DNA of 64,000 nucleotides from Myxococcota bacterium (GTDB lineage Bacteria; Myxococcota; XYA12-FULL-58-9; JABJBS01): positions 653 through 64,652 of the forward strand of contig JAZAIZ010000350.1 of assembly GCA_036230545.1 (NCBI GenBank), read 5' to 3'. Under the pieces are notes generated by a model, which saw only the letters and a list, made by a program, of their open reading frames with translations, did no database searches and had not been told where the DNA came from. Of this stretch, positions 29,456 through 37,529 are shown one piece after another (within the stretch, counting starts at the first letter, position 1; each line of letters starts with the position of its first letter). The position numbers were made by a program, and so were the translations under genes.

Positions 29456-30574
29456 ATGCGAGTAGCTTTGGTTCACGATTGGCTCGTCTCCCAGCGGGGG
29501 GGCGAGAACGTTCTTTTGGAAATGGCGCGTCTCTTTCCGGAGGCCCCCATTTATACCCTGGTGCATCGCCCCGGGACGGTGCACCCCGAGCTTGAGCGTC
29601 ACCCCATCATCACGAGCTTTATTCAGGATCTGCCCGGGGCGCCCGAGTCGTTTCGTCGCTACCTGCCGCTCTTTCCCCGGGCCATTGAGGCCCTGGACCT
29701 CTCGGGCTTTGACCTCATCCTCTCCACGAGCCATTGCGTGGCCAAGGGCGTTCGGATTACGCCGGACCAGACCCACATCTCTTATATTCACAGCCCCATG
29801 CGTTATATCTGGGACCAGCTGCCGCAATACCTGCCCGGGGGGCCGGCGATGCGGGCGCTCGCAGAGCCAGCGGCCCGTTTGGCGACCATTCCGCTTCGGG
29901 CGTGGGACCGACGCAGCAGTCAGCGCCCCACGCAGCTGTTGGCCAACTCCGATTTTGTGGGAGCCCGGATTCAGCGTTATTGGGGGCGGGATGCGCGGCG
30001 GCTTTATCCGCCGGTGGACGTGTCTTTCTTTGAGGGGGCGGAGGCGGGACCGCGGGAGGGCTATCTCGTGGTGAGCGCGCTGGTGCCCTACAAAAAGGTC
30101 GATCTTGCGGTGCGTTGGGCTACCGCCACCGGGGCGGCGTTGACAGTGATTGGGGCCGGGTCGGAGCTTGAGAGCCTGCGCTCCCTCGCGGGGGAGGGGG
30201 TGCGCTTTGTGTCCGGGGCTACCCGAGAGCAGGTGCGGGACGCCTACGGTCGTGCCCGGGGGCTCCTGTTTTGTGGCGTCGAAGACTTTGGGATTGTGCC
30301 CCTTGAGGCGATGGCGGCGGGGTGTCCTGTGGTGGCTCTCGGTTGTGGCGGGGCGTTGGAGACGGTCATCGGTGAGGGGCCCGACGCGACGGGGGTCTTC
30401 TTTCAGGACTCCACCCTTGAGGCGATTGGCGCGGCGGTGGAGGTTCTTGAGGCGGGGTGGCGAGCGGGTCATTTTGACCGGGACACCCTGCAGGCACAGG
30501 CACGACGCTTTCAAGTTGCCGCATTTGTTGAGGGTTTGCAGGAAGTGGTCGCTGAACTGGCGCCGCATTCTTAA
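29456..30574 (+). CDS. Family 4 glycosyltransferase
   Basis: MRVALVHDWLVSQRGGENVLLEMARLFPEAPIYTL is the typical GT4 N-terminus. C-terminal EDFGIVPLEAMAAGCPVVA matches the E-x7-E motif. Confidence 0.8.
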   Translation: MRVALVHDWLVSQRGGENVLLEMARLFPEAPIYTLVHRPGTVHPELERHPIITSFIQDLPGAPESFRRYLPLFPRAIEALDLSGFDLILSTSHCVAKGVRITPDQTHISYIHSPMRYIWDQLPQYLPGGPAMRALAEPAARLATIPLRAWDRRSSQRPTQLLANSDFVGARIQRYWGRDARRLYPPVDVSFFEGAEAGPREGYLVVSALVPYKKVDLAVRWATATGAALTVIGAGSELESLRSLAGEGVRFVSGATREQVRDAYGRARGLLFCGVEDFGIVPLEAMAAGCPVVALGCGGALETVIGEGPDATGVFFQDSTLEAIGAAVEVLEAGWRAGHFDRDTLQAQARRFQVAAFVEGLQEVVAELAPHS

Positions 30575-30844
30575 GGGATATCCCGTGCTTAGCGACTTGG
30601 GTGTCGCAGTGCACAAAGCCATGGACAGAGTGGGGGCGGGGTGGTATCGGCGCCCCGTTGCAGGATTTGGGTTGCCCAATTCTTGTGCGCCGTGGCCGGT
30701 TCACCTATAAGTGCCCCGATTATTCGACGGTTTTTCCTGAAGAGGGCGAGCCGAACCTCCGCCGGAGGCGATGATCTTAAGGGGAGTTCCAACAATACGG
30801 TCCGGTTTTTGCTAGTGGTTTCGCTCCGGGAGCAGAAGAAGAGT

Positions 30845-32245
30845 ATGTTAAAGAAATACCATCGATTTTTTCAGTCCATCCTCGTGATGCGTGACACCAT
30901 CCTTGCGGGCCTCTCTTTTTTGGTGGCCTATGGGGTCCGCTTTTCGTTTCCTGAGTACCTTCCCTATACGACGATGTCTGAGCCGCGGGAGACCTTCGTG
31001 GTGGGGTTTTTGCTGGTGGTGAGTTGGCCCCTGGCGGGGTGGCTCGGAGGGCTTTACCGCAGTCGGCGCAGTGGCAGCGTTTCGGCGGAGATTCTGGACG
31101 TCTTGAAAAACACGGCCCTGGTGTTTTTGCTGGTTGTCGCGGTGACCTATTTCTTCCGGGATGTTCGCTATTCTCGCTTTGTGATGGGGATGTGGGCGCT
31201 GCTGGCCTTCTCGACCATCTGTACGGCCCGAGTGTTGTCCCGGCTCTTTTTACGGCGCCTGCGCTCCTCCGGCTTTAACCTGCGCCATGTTGTTATTGTT
31301 GGAACCGGGGATTTAGCGCAGCAGGTTACCCGCACGGTCGAGTCCGAGGCCTGGTTGGGGCTGCGAGTGACAGGCTATGTTAGCGCCGAGGGTGAAGCGC
31401 CGGCGGAGGGGGAGTTGGCATATCCGGTGCTTGGGACCGCCGCTGAGATCAAGGAGATCGTAAGTGAGCGCTCCGTTGATCAGGTTCTGGTGGCGCTGCC
31501 CATGGAGCAGCTTGCGGCCTTGCCGGAGTTGATGAAGCGGCTCTCTCTTGAGACGGTGGATGTGCGGATGGTGCCGGACTTTTATCAGTTTGCCAATCTC
31601 TGTGGGGGCATCGAAGAGTTCAGCGGCATGCCGGTGGTGAACCTTCAGCTTTCGCCCATGCATGGTTGGAGCCGCGTCTTTAAGCGCGCTTTTGATTTTA
31701 CCTTCGCGCTGGTGGGCTTGTTGCTCACGGCGCCGCTTTTGGGGGTGATTGCACTGCTGGTTCGTATGAGCAGCCGGGGGCCTGTCTTTTTTCAGCAGGA
31801 GCGGGTGGGGATCGACGGGCGCACCTTTTATATGCACAAATTTCGGAGCATGGCCGTGGACGCCGAAGCCGGCGGCAAGCAGATGACCAGCGTGGTGGAC
31901 AATCGTCGGACCCCTATCGGGGTGTTTTTGCGGCGGACGTCAATGGACGAGTTGCCACAGCTCTGGAACGTTTTGCGGGGGGAGATGAGCCTGGTGGGGC
32001 CGCGCCCCGAGCAGCCCTGCTTCATTGAGGACTTCAAGAAAGAGATCCCCCGATATGCGCTTCGCCACAAGATGAAGGCGGGCATGACCGGGTTGGCGCA
32101 GGTGAACGGAATGCGGGGGCAGACCAGCATCGCCAAGCGCATCGAGTTTGACCTTTATTACATCGAGAACTGGTCCTTTGTGCTGGACCTTAAGATTCTT
32201 GTTCGCACGATTTGCGGTGGGTTTCTTTCGCCTAACGCCTATTAA
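30845..32245 (+). CDS. Polyprenyl-phosphate hexose-1-phosphate transferase (WbaP/CpsE-type priming phosphoglycosyltransferase)
   Basis: N-terminal TM helices, a central soluble region and a C-terminal bacterial sugar transferase domain (FKRAFDFTFALVGLLL, PVFFQQERVGIDGRTFYMHKFRSM, DELPQLWNVLRGEMSLVGPRPE). Likely start is MLKKYHRFF (ATG at about 30845). The track ORF is 5'-extended. Confidence 0.85.
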   Translation: MLKKYHRFFQSILVMRDTILAGLSFLVAYGVRFSFPEYLPYTTMSEPRETFVVGFLLVVSWPLAGWLGGLYRSRRSGSVSAEILDVLKNTALVFLLVVAVTYFFRDVRYSRFVMGMWALLAFSTICTARVLSRLFLRRLRSSGFNLRHVVIVGTGDLAQQVTRTVESEAWLGLRVTGYVSAEGEAPAEGELAYPVLGTAAEIKEIVSERSVDQVLVALPMEQLAALPELMKRLSLETVDVRMVPDFYQFANLCGGIEEFSGMPVVNLQLSPMHGWSRVFKRAFDFTFALVGLLLTAPLLGVIALLVRMSSRGPVFFQQERVGIDGRTFYMHKFRSMAVDAEAGGKQMTSVVDNRRTPIGVFLRRTSMDELPQLWNVLRGEMSLVGPRPEQPCFIEDFKKEIPRYALRHKMKAGMTGLAQVNGMRGQTSIAKRIEFDLYYIENWSFVLDLKILVRTICGGFLSPNAY

Positions 32246-33216
32246 GCCCGCGACTTGAGGGCGGCTCCGCAGAGCTTGTAGAGCGCCCGCATGCCCACGT
32301 TGGCGTCCCACTCGCCGGATTCTCCCGGCGACACTTCACAGAGATCAAAGCCCACGATGGTTTTGCCGGAGGCGACGAGCGCCTGAAGCATGAAGGCCAG
32401 CTGATGAAAGCTGAGCCCCCCGGGGACCGGGGTGCCGGTGTTGGGGCAGAGGCTCGGATCGAGGCCGTCGATGTCCAGGGAGAGGTAGACGTGGTCTGGC
32501 AGGGTTTGGAGGATCGTCTCGCATTGCGCGGCGAAGGTCTCGCCCCCAAGCCGAGCATCGGCGAGGTCCTGATCGTAAAATGTGACCACCCGGGGAGAGG
32601 TTTTGGCGAGGTCTCGCTCTTCAACACAAAAATCCCGAATTCCCACCTGGGTGATGGACGTCCCGGAGGTTTGCTCCAGCACGTTGTGCATGATGGAGGC
32701 GTGGGACCATTGAAAGCCCTCGTAGGCGTCCCGGAGGTCGTGGTGGGCGTCGATGTGCAGGATCCCCAGGCGCTCAAATCTCTCAGCGTGGGCGGCGATG
32801 GTGCCAAAGGGGGTGGAGTGGTCGCCCCCGAGCACTCCGACGATTTTTCCCTGCTCCATCCAATGACGCGCGCTTTCATAAACCCACGCGTTCAGGGCTG
32901 CGCCTCCTTCGTTGATCTTAGCGAGGAGTTCGGGGGTTGGGCGCGTTCGGGCTTGATCGCAGAGGGGCGCGAGGGTGTGGTTTTGACCGGCGATGGTTGG
33001 GGGCAGGGGGAGCATGGCGATGCCCGCTTGGATTGCCTCACCAAAGTGCTGGTCGCAGAAGTCAATCTGAGGGCTCGCGGCCAACACGGCCTGGGGGCCC
33101 CGGTGGGCGCCTCTTTCGTAGGAGGCGGTGGCGTCGAAGGGGACCGGGAGAATGACGATGGCCGCGTCTTCGGGGGAGGTGGAGACGCCAAAGAGCGCCG
33201 GTGCATCAGTGGGCAT
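32242..33216 (-). CDS. Arginase/agmatinase/formiminoglutamase-family ureohydrolase (binuclear Mn hydrolase)
   Basis: Family motifs VLGGDHSTPFG, HIDAHHDLRD and SLDIDGLDP (Mn ligands). True start is MPTDAPALFGVSTSPEDAAIVILPVPFDATASYE (ATG at 33216), which overlaps the upstream GT2 stop by 11 bp. The track ORF is 5'-extended. Confidence 0.8.
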   Translation of the reverse strand: MPTDAPALFGVSTSPEDAAIVILPVPFDATASYERGAHRGPQAVLAASPQIDFCDQHFGEAIQAGIAMLPLPPTIAGQNHTLAPLCDQARTRPTPELLAKINEGGAALNAWVYESARHWMEQGKIVGVLGGDHSTPFGTIAAHAERFERLGILHIDAHHDLRDAYEGFQWSHASIMHNVLEQTSGTSITQVGIRDFCVEERDLAKTSPRVVTFYDQDLADARLGGETFAAQCETILQTLPDHVYLSLDIDGLDPSLCPNTGTPVPGGLSFHQLAFMLQALVASGKTIVGFDLCEVSPGESGEWDANVGMRALYKLCGAALKSRA

Positions 33217-33973
33217 GGGAGATCTCCGGGGGGCTGCGTTTGAGTTGCCTTGCGTGGCGACGGGACAATCGAAGCAGGGACGCGAGCATGGTGAGGGAGT
33301 CCTGCAGGAGTCGCACCTTGCTGCCGGGGGCATCGCTCCAGCGGATGGGGACCTCGGTGATGGTGTAGCCAAGGGAGCGGGCGATTAAGAGGGCCTCCAC
33401 GTGAAAAACAAAACCCGGCTCCTGGGCTCTTTCAAAGATGCGGTGCGCGGCCTGGTGCTCCAGCAGTTTGAAGCCGCATTGGGTGTCGCTCACGCCGGTG
33501 GGCGCGATGGAGCGAACGGCGCGGCGCCACACTTTGCCCATCCACACTCGGTGGGGGGGCTGCGAGCGCAGGATGGAGGATCGTGCCAGGGCACGGGAGC
33601 CGGCGGCGACCTGCGCGCCGGCGTCGAGGGCCGCTTCGAGGAGGCGGAGATCTGCAAAAGGGACCGGCCCGTCTGCATCGCAGATCAAAACCCGGGCGCC
33701 CCGGGAGGCCAGCACGCCTCGCTTGACCGCCGCTCCGGGGCCCTCGGCACGGGGGGAGGGCAGGACCCGTGTGGTGAGGTTTTTTGGGGCGCTCTGAGCG
33801 AGGTGGGGGGTGGCGTCGGTGGAGCCATCGTCGGCGATGATCACTTCAATTTGCAGGGCCCGCTCCTGCGCGAGTCGAGAGATTCGAGTGAGGGTCGCTG
33901 GCAGGCGAGACTCTTCGTTTTGCGCCGGGATCACAAGGGAGAGGTCAAAGGATGGAGCGCTGGGAGAGGTCAT
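33206..33973 (-). CDS. GT2 polyprenyl-phosphate glycosyltransferase (GtrB/ArnC/Dpm1-like)
   Basis: FDLSLVIPAQNEESRLPATL...IEVIIADDGSTDAT and VLICDADG are signatures of Dpm1/GtrB-type GT2. 255 aa with no C-terminal TM pair. Confidence 0.85.
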   Translation of the reverse strand: MTSPSAPSFDLSLVIPAQNEESRLPATLTRISRLAQERALQIEVIIADDGSTDATPHLAQSAPKNLTTRVLPSPRAEGPGAAVKRGVLASRGARVLICDADGPVPFADLRLLEAALDAGAQVAAGSRALARSSILRSQPPHRVWMGKVWRRAVRSIAPTGVSDTQCGFKLLEHQAAHRIFERAQEPGFVFHVEALLIARSLGYTITEVPIRWSDAPGSKVRLLQDSLTMLASLLRLSRRHARQLKRSPPEISHAH

Positions 33974-34088
33974 CAGGGCGCCCGTCTATCGAATAGTTAC
34001 TCTGCTGTCCAAGGTCTATGGCGCTTTTGCGCTGGGAATTCGGAAGGGGCGGTCTTGACGAGGCAGGGGGAGCGGGGCAAGAGAAGGC

Positions 34089-34727
34089 ATGAAAGAGACT
34101 GTCGCTTCCATTATTTCCGATACAGATCCCCGGGTGTGGGACGTCACCCGCGCGGTGCTTGAGGCCGGTGGCCTGGTGGTGTTTTGCACCGAGAGCACCT
34201 ACGGGATTGGCGCGCGGCCTGACCTCCAGGGCGAGGCCATGGGACGCCTGGCCACGTTGAAGGGGCGCGACTCTCGCAAGCCTTTCCCCCTGATTGCGGC
34301 GTCCCTTGAGGCGGCGGAGGCCTATTGTGATCTGACCGGTCCCCTTGGGGAGTTGGGTCGAGGCCTCTGGCCTGGTCCGCTCACCGTGGCGGCCCGTCCC
34401 TTGGGGGAGGTCCCCGCACAGGTGCTCAGCCCCACCGGGACGGCCGGGATCCGGGTGTCTCCCCACGAGGTGGCGCAGAAGGTGGCGGCTTTGGCTGGCG
34501 GCGTGGTCACCGCCACCAGCGCAAACTTCGCCGGCGATGACGCCGCCCGCTCTGTGGACGATTTGGGTGGCCTCCTGCAAGAAGTTGATCTTGTGATTGA
34601 TTCCGGCCCTGCGCCGGGCGCGGCCCCCTCCACGGTGGTGGGATGGGGTGAGGAGGGGCTCATCGTTTATCGTGAAGGTGCTCTGGCCACGGGGCTGCTG
34701 CGGCAGGCGCTCAAGGAGCGGGGGTAA
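34089..34727 (+). CDS. tsaC: L-threonylcarbamoyladenylate synthase (YrdC/TsaC family, t6A biosynthesis)
   Basis: VVFCTESTYGIGARP and KGRDSRKPFPLIAASLEAA are YrdC-domain motifs. 212 aa, single domain. Confidence 0.85.
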   Translation: MKETVASIISDTDPRVWDVTRAVLEAGGLVVFCTESTYGIGARPDLQGEAMGRLATLKGRDSRKPFPLIAASLEAAEAYCDLTGPLGELGRGLWPGPLTVAARPLGEVPAQVLSPTGTAGIRVSPHEVAQKVAALAGGVVTATSANFAGDDAARSVDDLGGLLQEVDLVIDSGPAPGAAPSTVVGWGEEGLIVYREGALATGLLRQALKERG

Positions 34728-34732
34728 GGACC

Positions 34733-35452
34733 ATGGACACCTCGGGCTTCACCCAGGACGCATTGTTGCGTGGGGAGCTGTCGCTGTGGCAGCCGGCCCG
34801 GGGCCAGGGGTATCGCTTTAACCTCGATCCGGTGCTGCTCTCGGGCTTTTCCCGCCCCCGTGGTCGGGTGCTGGAGCTGGGGGCGGGCTGTGGCGTGTTG
34901 GGCCTGCTGCTGCTCAAACGTGGCAGGGCGGAGCAGGTGACCTTCGTGGAGCGTCAGCCGGCTTTGGCCGCGCTTTGTGAGCGCAACCTCAAGGAGAACG
35001 GCTTCGCGGATCGTGGGCGTGTGATCTGCGGGGATCTGCGGGAGCTGACCTTGGAGGCGCACGAGGGGGTGGTGTTTAACCCGCCTTATTTTGCTGCGAA
35101 CTCCGGGCGGCCCTCCTCAGGAGTGGGGCGCGATGAGGCGCGCTTTGAGCGTCATGGGACCCTGCGGGATTTTGTGGAGGTGAGCTTTGGGGTGACTCGC
35201 GCCGGGGGCAGCGTTGATGTGGTCCTGCGGGCGGAGCGCTTTGCAGAGCTTGGGGAATTAGCCAAAGAGCTTGGGGGAGGCGTCGTGCGGGCGCGACCGG
35301 TGATCGCACGAAGTGGTGACGCTTCGCGGCATTATTTGGTGGAGCTCTCGGGTCAAGCGTCGGATGGCGTGGAGGAGCTTCCTCCTTTGATTTTGCATCG
35401 GGGGGCCGAGCGGGAGTTCTCCGATGAGGTTAAGGAGCTGTTGGGGGAGTAG
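34733..35452 (+). CDS. N6-adenine-specific class I methyltransferase, probable tRNA1(Val) m6A37 methyltransferase (YfiC/TrmN6-like)
   Basis: Methyltransferase small domain with VLELGAGCGVLGLLL (motif I) and VVFNPPYF (N6-amino MTase motif IV). About 239 aa. Confidence 0.65.
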   Translation: MDTSGFTQDALLRGELSLWQPARGQGYRFNLDPVLLSGFSRPRGRVLELGAGCGVLGLLLLKRGRAEQVTFVERQPALAALCERNLKENGFADRGRVICGDLRELTLEAHEGVVFNPPYFAANSGRPSSGVGRDEARFERHGTLRDFVEVSFGVTRAGGSVDVVLRAERFAELGELAKELGGGVVRARPVIARSGDASRHYLVELSGQASDGVEELPPLILHRGAEREFSDEVKELLGE

Positions 35453-35506
35453 AGAACGAGAAAATTCAAGCGCTTCTGGACATTAGGGGCTGGCTGGGCT
35501 ATCGCC

Positions 35507-36028
35507 ATGCCCATGGATTTAGTTCGAGAGCTCATTGCGGATGTGCCGGATTTTCCGAAGGAGGGTATTCTTTTTAAGGATATCACCCCGGTTCTGCAGC
35601 ATCCCCAGGGGCTCGTGGAGGTGGTGGACGCTTTCGCACGACGTTACGCCGAGATGGATATCAGCCATTTCGTTGGGGTGGAGAGCCGTGGCTTTCTCTT
35701 CGCGTCGGTGTTGGCCTACAAACTCCAAAAAGGACTGGTTCTGGCTCGAAAGCCGGGGAAATTACCCCGAGAAACGTTCTCTGCATCGTACGAACTCGAA
35801 TATGGTCACGACAGCCTTGAGATTCATCGGGACGCCCTCCGTTCCGGGGATCGTGTTGTGATCGTTGACGATCTTCTCGCCACCGGTGGTACGGCTAAGG
35901 CCGTTTGTGAGTTGGTAGCCCAGTGTGGCGCGCTCTCCGCCGAGATCGCTGTTGTTATCGAACTCGCCGCCCTCGGTGGTCGAGCTCGAGTTGCCCCTAT
36001 TGATACTCATGCTTTGCTAACTTATTGA
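35507..36028 (+). CDS. apt: Adenine phosphoribosyltransferase
   Basis: DFPKEGILFKDITPVL, VGVESRGFLFASVLA and the PRPP motif VVIVDDLLATGGTAKA. 173 aa. Confidence 0.9.
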   Translation: MPMDLVRELIADVPDFPKEGILFKDITPVLQHPQGLVEVVDAFARRYAEMDISHFVGVESRGFLFASVLAYKLQKGLVLARKPGKLPRETFSASYELEYGHDSLEIHRDALRSGDRVVIVDDLLATGGTAKAVCELVAQCGALSAEIAVVIELAALGGRARVAPIDTHALLTY

Positions 36029-36053
36029 CCTGACTATTGATTCACCCTAGAAT
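36025..36053 (+). promoter_or_regulatory. Sigma70-type promoter for tRNA-Arg (TTGACC-N17-TAGAAT)
   Basis: Near-consensus -35 TTGACC (36025-36030), a 17-nt spacer and -10 TAGAAT (36048-36053) in an AT-rich patch. The predicted transcription start is about 38 nt upstream of the tRNA. The -35 overlaps the apt stop codon. Confidence 0.5.
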
Positions 36054-36097
36054 TATGGTGTCGGCAGAATAAGGCCAGGCAAGCATGGATATCGAAC

Positions 36098-36173
36098 GCC
36101 CCCGTAGCTCAGCAGGATAGAGCTGGGGATTCCTAATCCCTGCAAGCCACAGGTTCGAATCCTGTCGGGGGCG
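36098..36173 (+). tRNA. tRNA-Arg (anticodon CCU)
   Basis: Cloverleaf read by hand. Acceptor gcccccg/cgggggc, D-arm gctc-agcaggata-gagc, anticodon stem gggga/tccct with loop ttCCTaa, T-arm with GTTCGAATC, discriminator G and genomically encoded CCA (36174-36176). Confidence 0.85.
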
Positions 36174-36239
36174 CCAGGGGGCTCGAGTGGATAACCAACA
36201 TTCGCAGTAGGGAATGGCTGATTGGAGGGCGGACAGACC

Positions 36240-36602
36240 ATGAATAAGTCTGATCTGATAGAAAAAATTGTTGAAGGTACGAACCTGCCGCGTAAGCGTG
36301 CGGAAGCGGTTGTGAATCATGTCTTTGATTCCATGACGGCGGCGCTCGTTCGCGGGGACCGTATTGAGATTCGGGGATTTGGAAGTTTTGTGAGCAAGCA
36401 TTATCGGGCTCGTACGGGGCGTAACCCTCGAACGGGCGCTACGATTCATGTCGCGGCGAAGCGGTTGCCCTTTTTTAAAGTGGGTAAAGAGCTTCGCGAG
36501 CGGGTGGATTATGGCTCCGGTGAGCAGGCGGGTGCAGCGCCAGAGGCGGCGCCGGATCCAGCGCCTTCGTCGCCTTCCTCGGATGAGGGCGGCTTCGGTT
36601 AA
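36240..36602 (+). CDS. HU/IHF family nucleoid-associated DNA-binding protein with Ala/Pro/Ser-rich C-terminal tail
   Basis: MNKSDLIEKIVEGTNLPRKRAEAVVNHVFDSMTAAL...IEIRGFGSF...RNPRTGATI matches the HU/IHF fold (beta-arm RNPRTG). The tail is AAPEAAPDPAPSSPSS. Confidence 0.8.
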   Translation: MNKSDLIEKIVEGTNLPRKRAEAVVNHVFDSMTAALVRGDRIEIRGFGSFVSKHYRARTGRNPRTGATIHVAAKRLPFFKVGKELRERVDYGSGEQAGAAPEAAPDPAPSSPSSDEGGFG

Positions 36603-36645
36603 GCTCTGAAGATCCTTCGTTGTTGCGGAGTTCCTTCAACCGTCG

Positions 36646-37182
36646 TTAGAAGGCGTAGCTCGCTGTCGCCAGGAGCTCCCACACTCCGTAGAACGCCCGG
36701 GTTTCGGCGAGGGTCGTGTTTAGATCCAGGTGGGTGACCAATCCACCGGCCAGCCGGGACGTGATAAAATAATCGGCGCCGAGTCCGGCCCGAATTCCAA
36801 ACAATCCCAGATCTGCCCCAAGGGCGTTGTAGACCCTTCCGGCTGTAAGCTGAAGCTGCGCGAAGGGCGAGAGTGGGCTGCCCAATCCGGTGAGGCGGTA
36901 GCGGGCTCCTGCGTGAAGTCGCAGGGGGATGGTGCCGGCGACGCCCACATCGATGTCGGCGATCACGCTGAGCTCGGGGCTGAGCAGGTATTCGGTGCCG
37001 GCGTTGAGCATCAAAAAGCCGTTGGAGCCGCCCACCCGGGACCCCAGCTTGACCCCGGAGCCAAAGCTGCTGTTCATCCAGAGGCTGCCGGCTTCCATGG
37101 TGCGGGCCTGCGCGGGGGCGGGGCCGGCAAAAAGGAGAGGAAAAACAAGCAGTGGAAGGTACGTCGATAGGCGTTTCATCAT
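36646..37182 (-). CDS. Small outer-membrane beta-barrel protein (OmpW/OmpA-like porin-family)
   Basis: Signal peptide MMKRLSTYLPLLVFPLLFAGPAPAQA. Alternating hydrophobic strands, and the C-terminus ends ATASYAF (aromatic terminal residue typical of OMP barrels). Confidence 0.6.
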   Translation of the reverse strand: MMKRLSTYLPLLVFPLLFAGPAPAQARTMEAGSLWMNSSFGSGVKLGSRVGGSNGFLMLNAGTEYLLSPELSVIADIDVGVAGTIPLRLHAGARYRLTGLGSPLSPFAQLQLTAGRVYNALGADLGLFGIRAGLGADYFITSRLAGGLVTHLDLNTTLAETRAFYGVWELLATASYAF

Positions 37183-37529
37183 TGCAGTTTCGCTAACACG
37201 AGGGTAATGGCAGGTCAATTCTCCTGAACGGGTAAGCGCGTGTGTTTAAGGATTCAGGCCGGGGGCTTTCCACAGAGAGCTCGAGGGCTGGTGCCGGCGG
37301 CGTTGAGGGGGACTGTTTCGGGAGATGCCTTGTATCTTACCGAATTCAAAGGAGAATTGCGCCAGTTTCTCGGCGCAGGCGAGACAGGAGCTTCGCGGGG
37401 TGGTATCAGCCTGTGGATAACCCTGTGTGTAACCCGGGGACAAGCTCGGGAAAACGTGTGCGTTGGCGGGGGATGGGCGGTGGATAACCCCCTCTCTCGC
37501 GACGACGAAACAGGAAAAAGACGAGAATC

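Noticed and set aside
32242-33372. N-terminal 52 codons of the 376-aa ORF, and the antisense ORFs 32404..33243 and 33401..34162
   Set aside because: The arginase-family alignment begins at MPTDAPALFG (33216). The upstream extension overlaps the GT2 gene in another frame. The plus-strand ORFs are antisense artefacts.
36098-37218. Genomic island integrated at tRNA-Arg
   Set aside because: No integrase/recombinase gene, no duplicated tRNA 3' segment and no GC shift downstream. The genes that follow are an HU/IHF-like protein and a small OMP.
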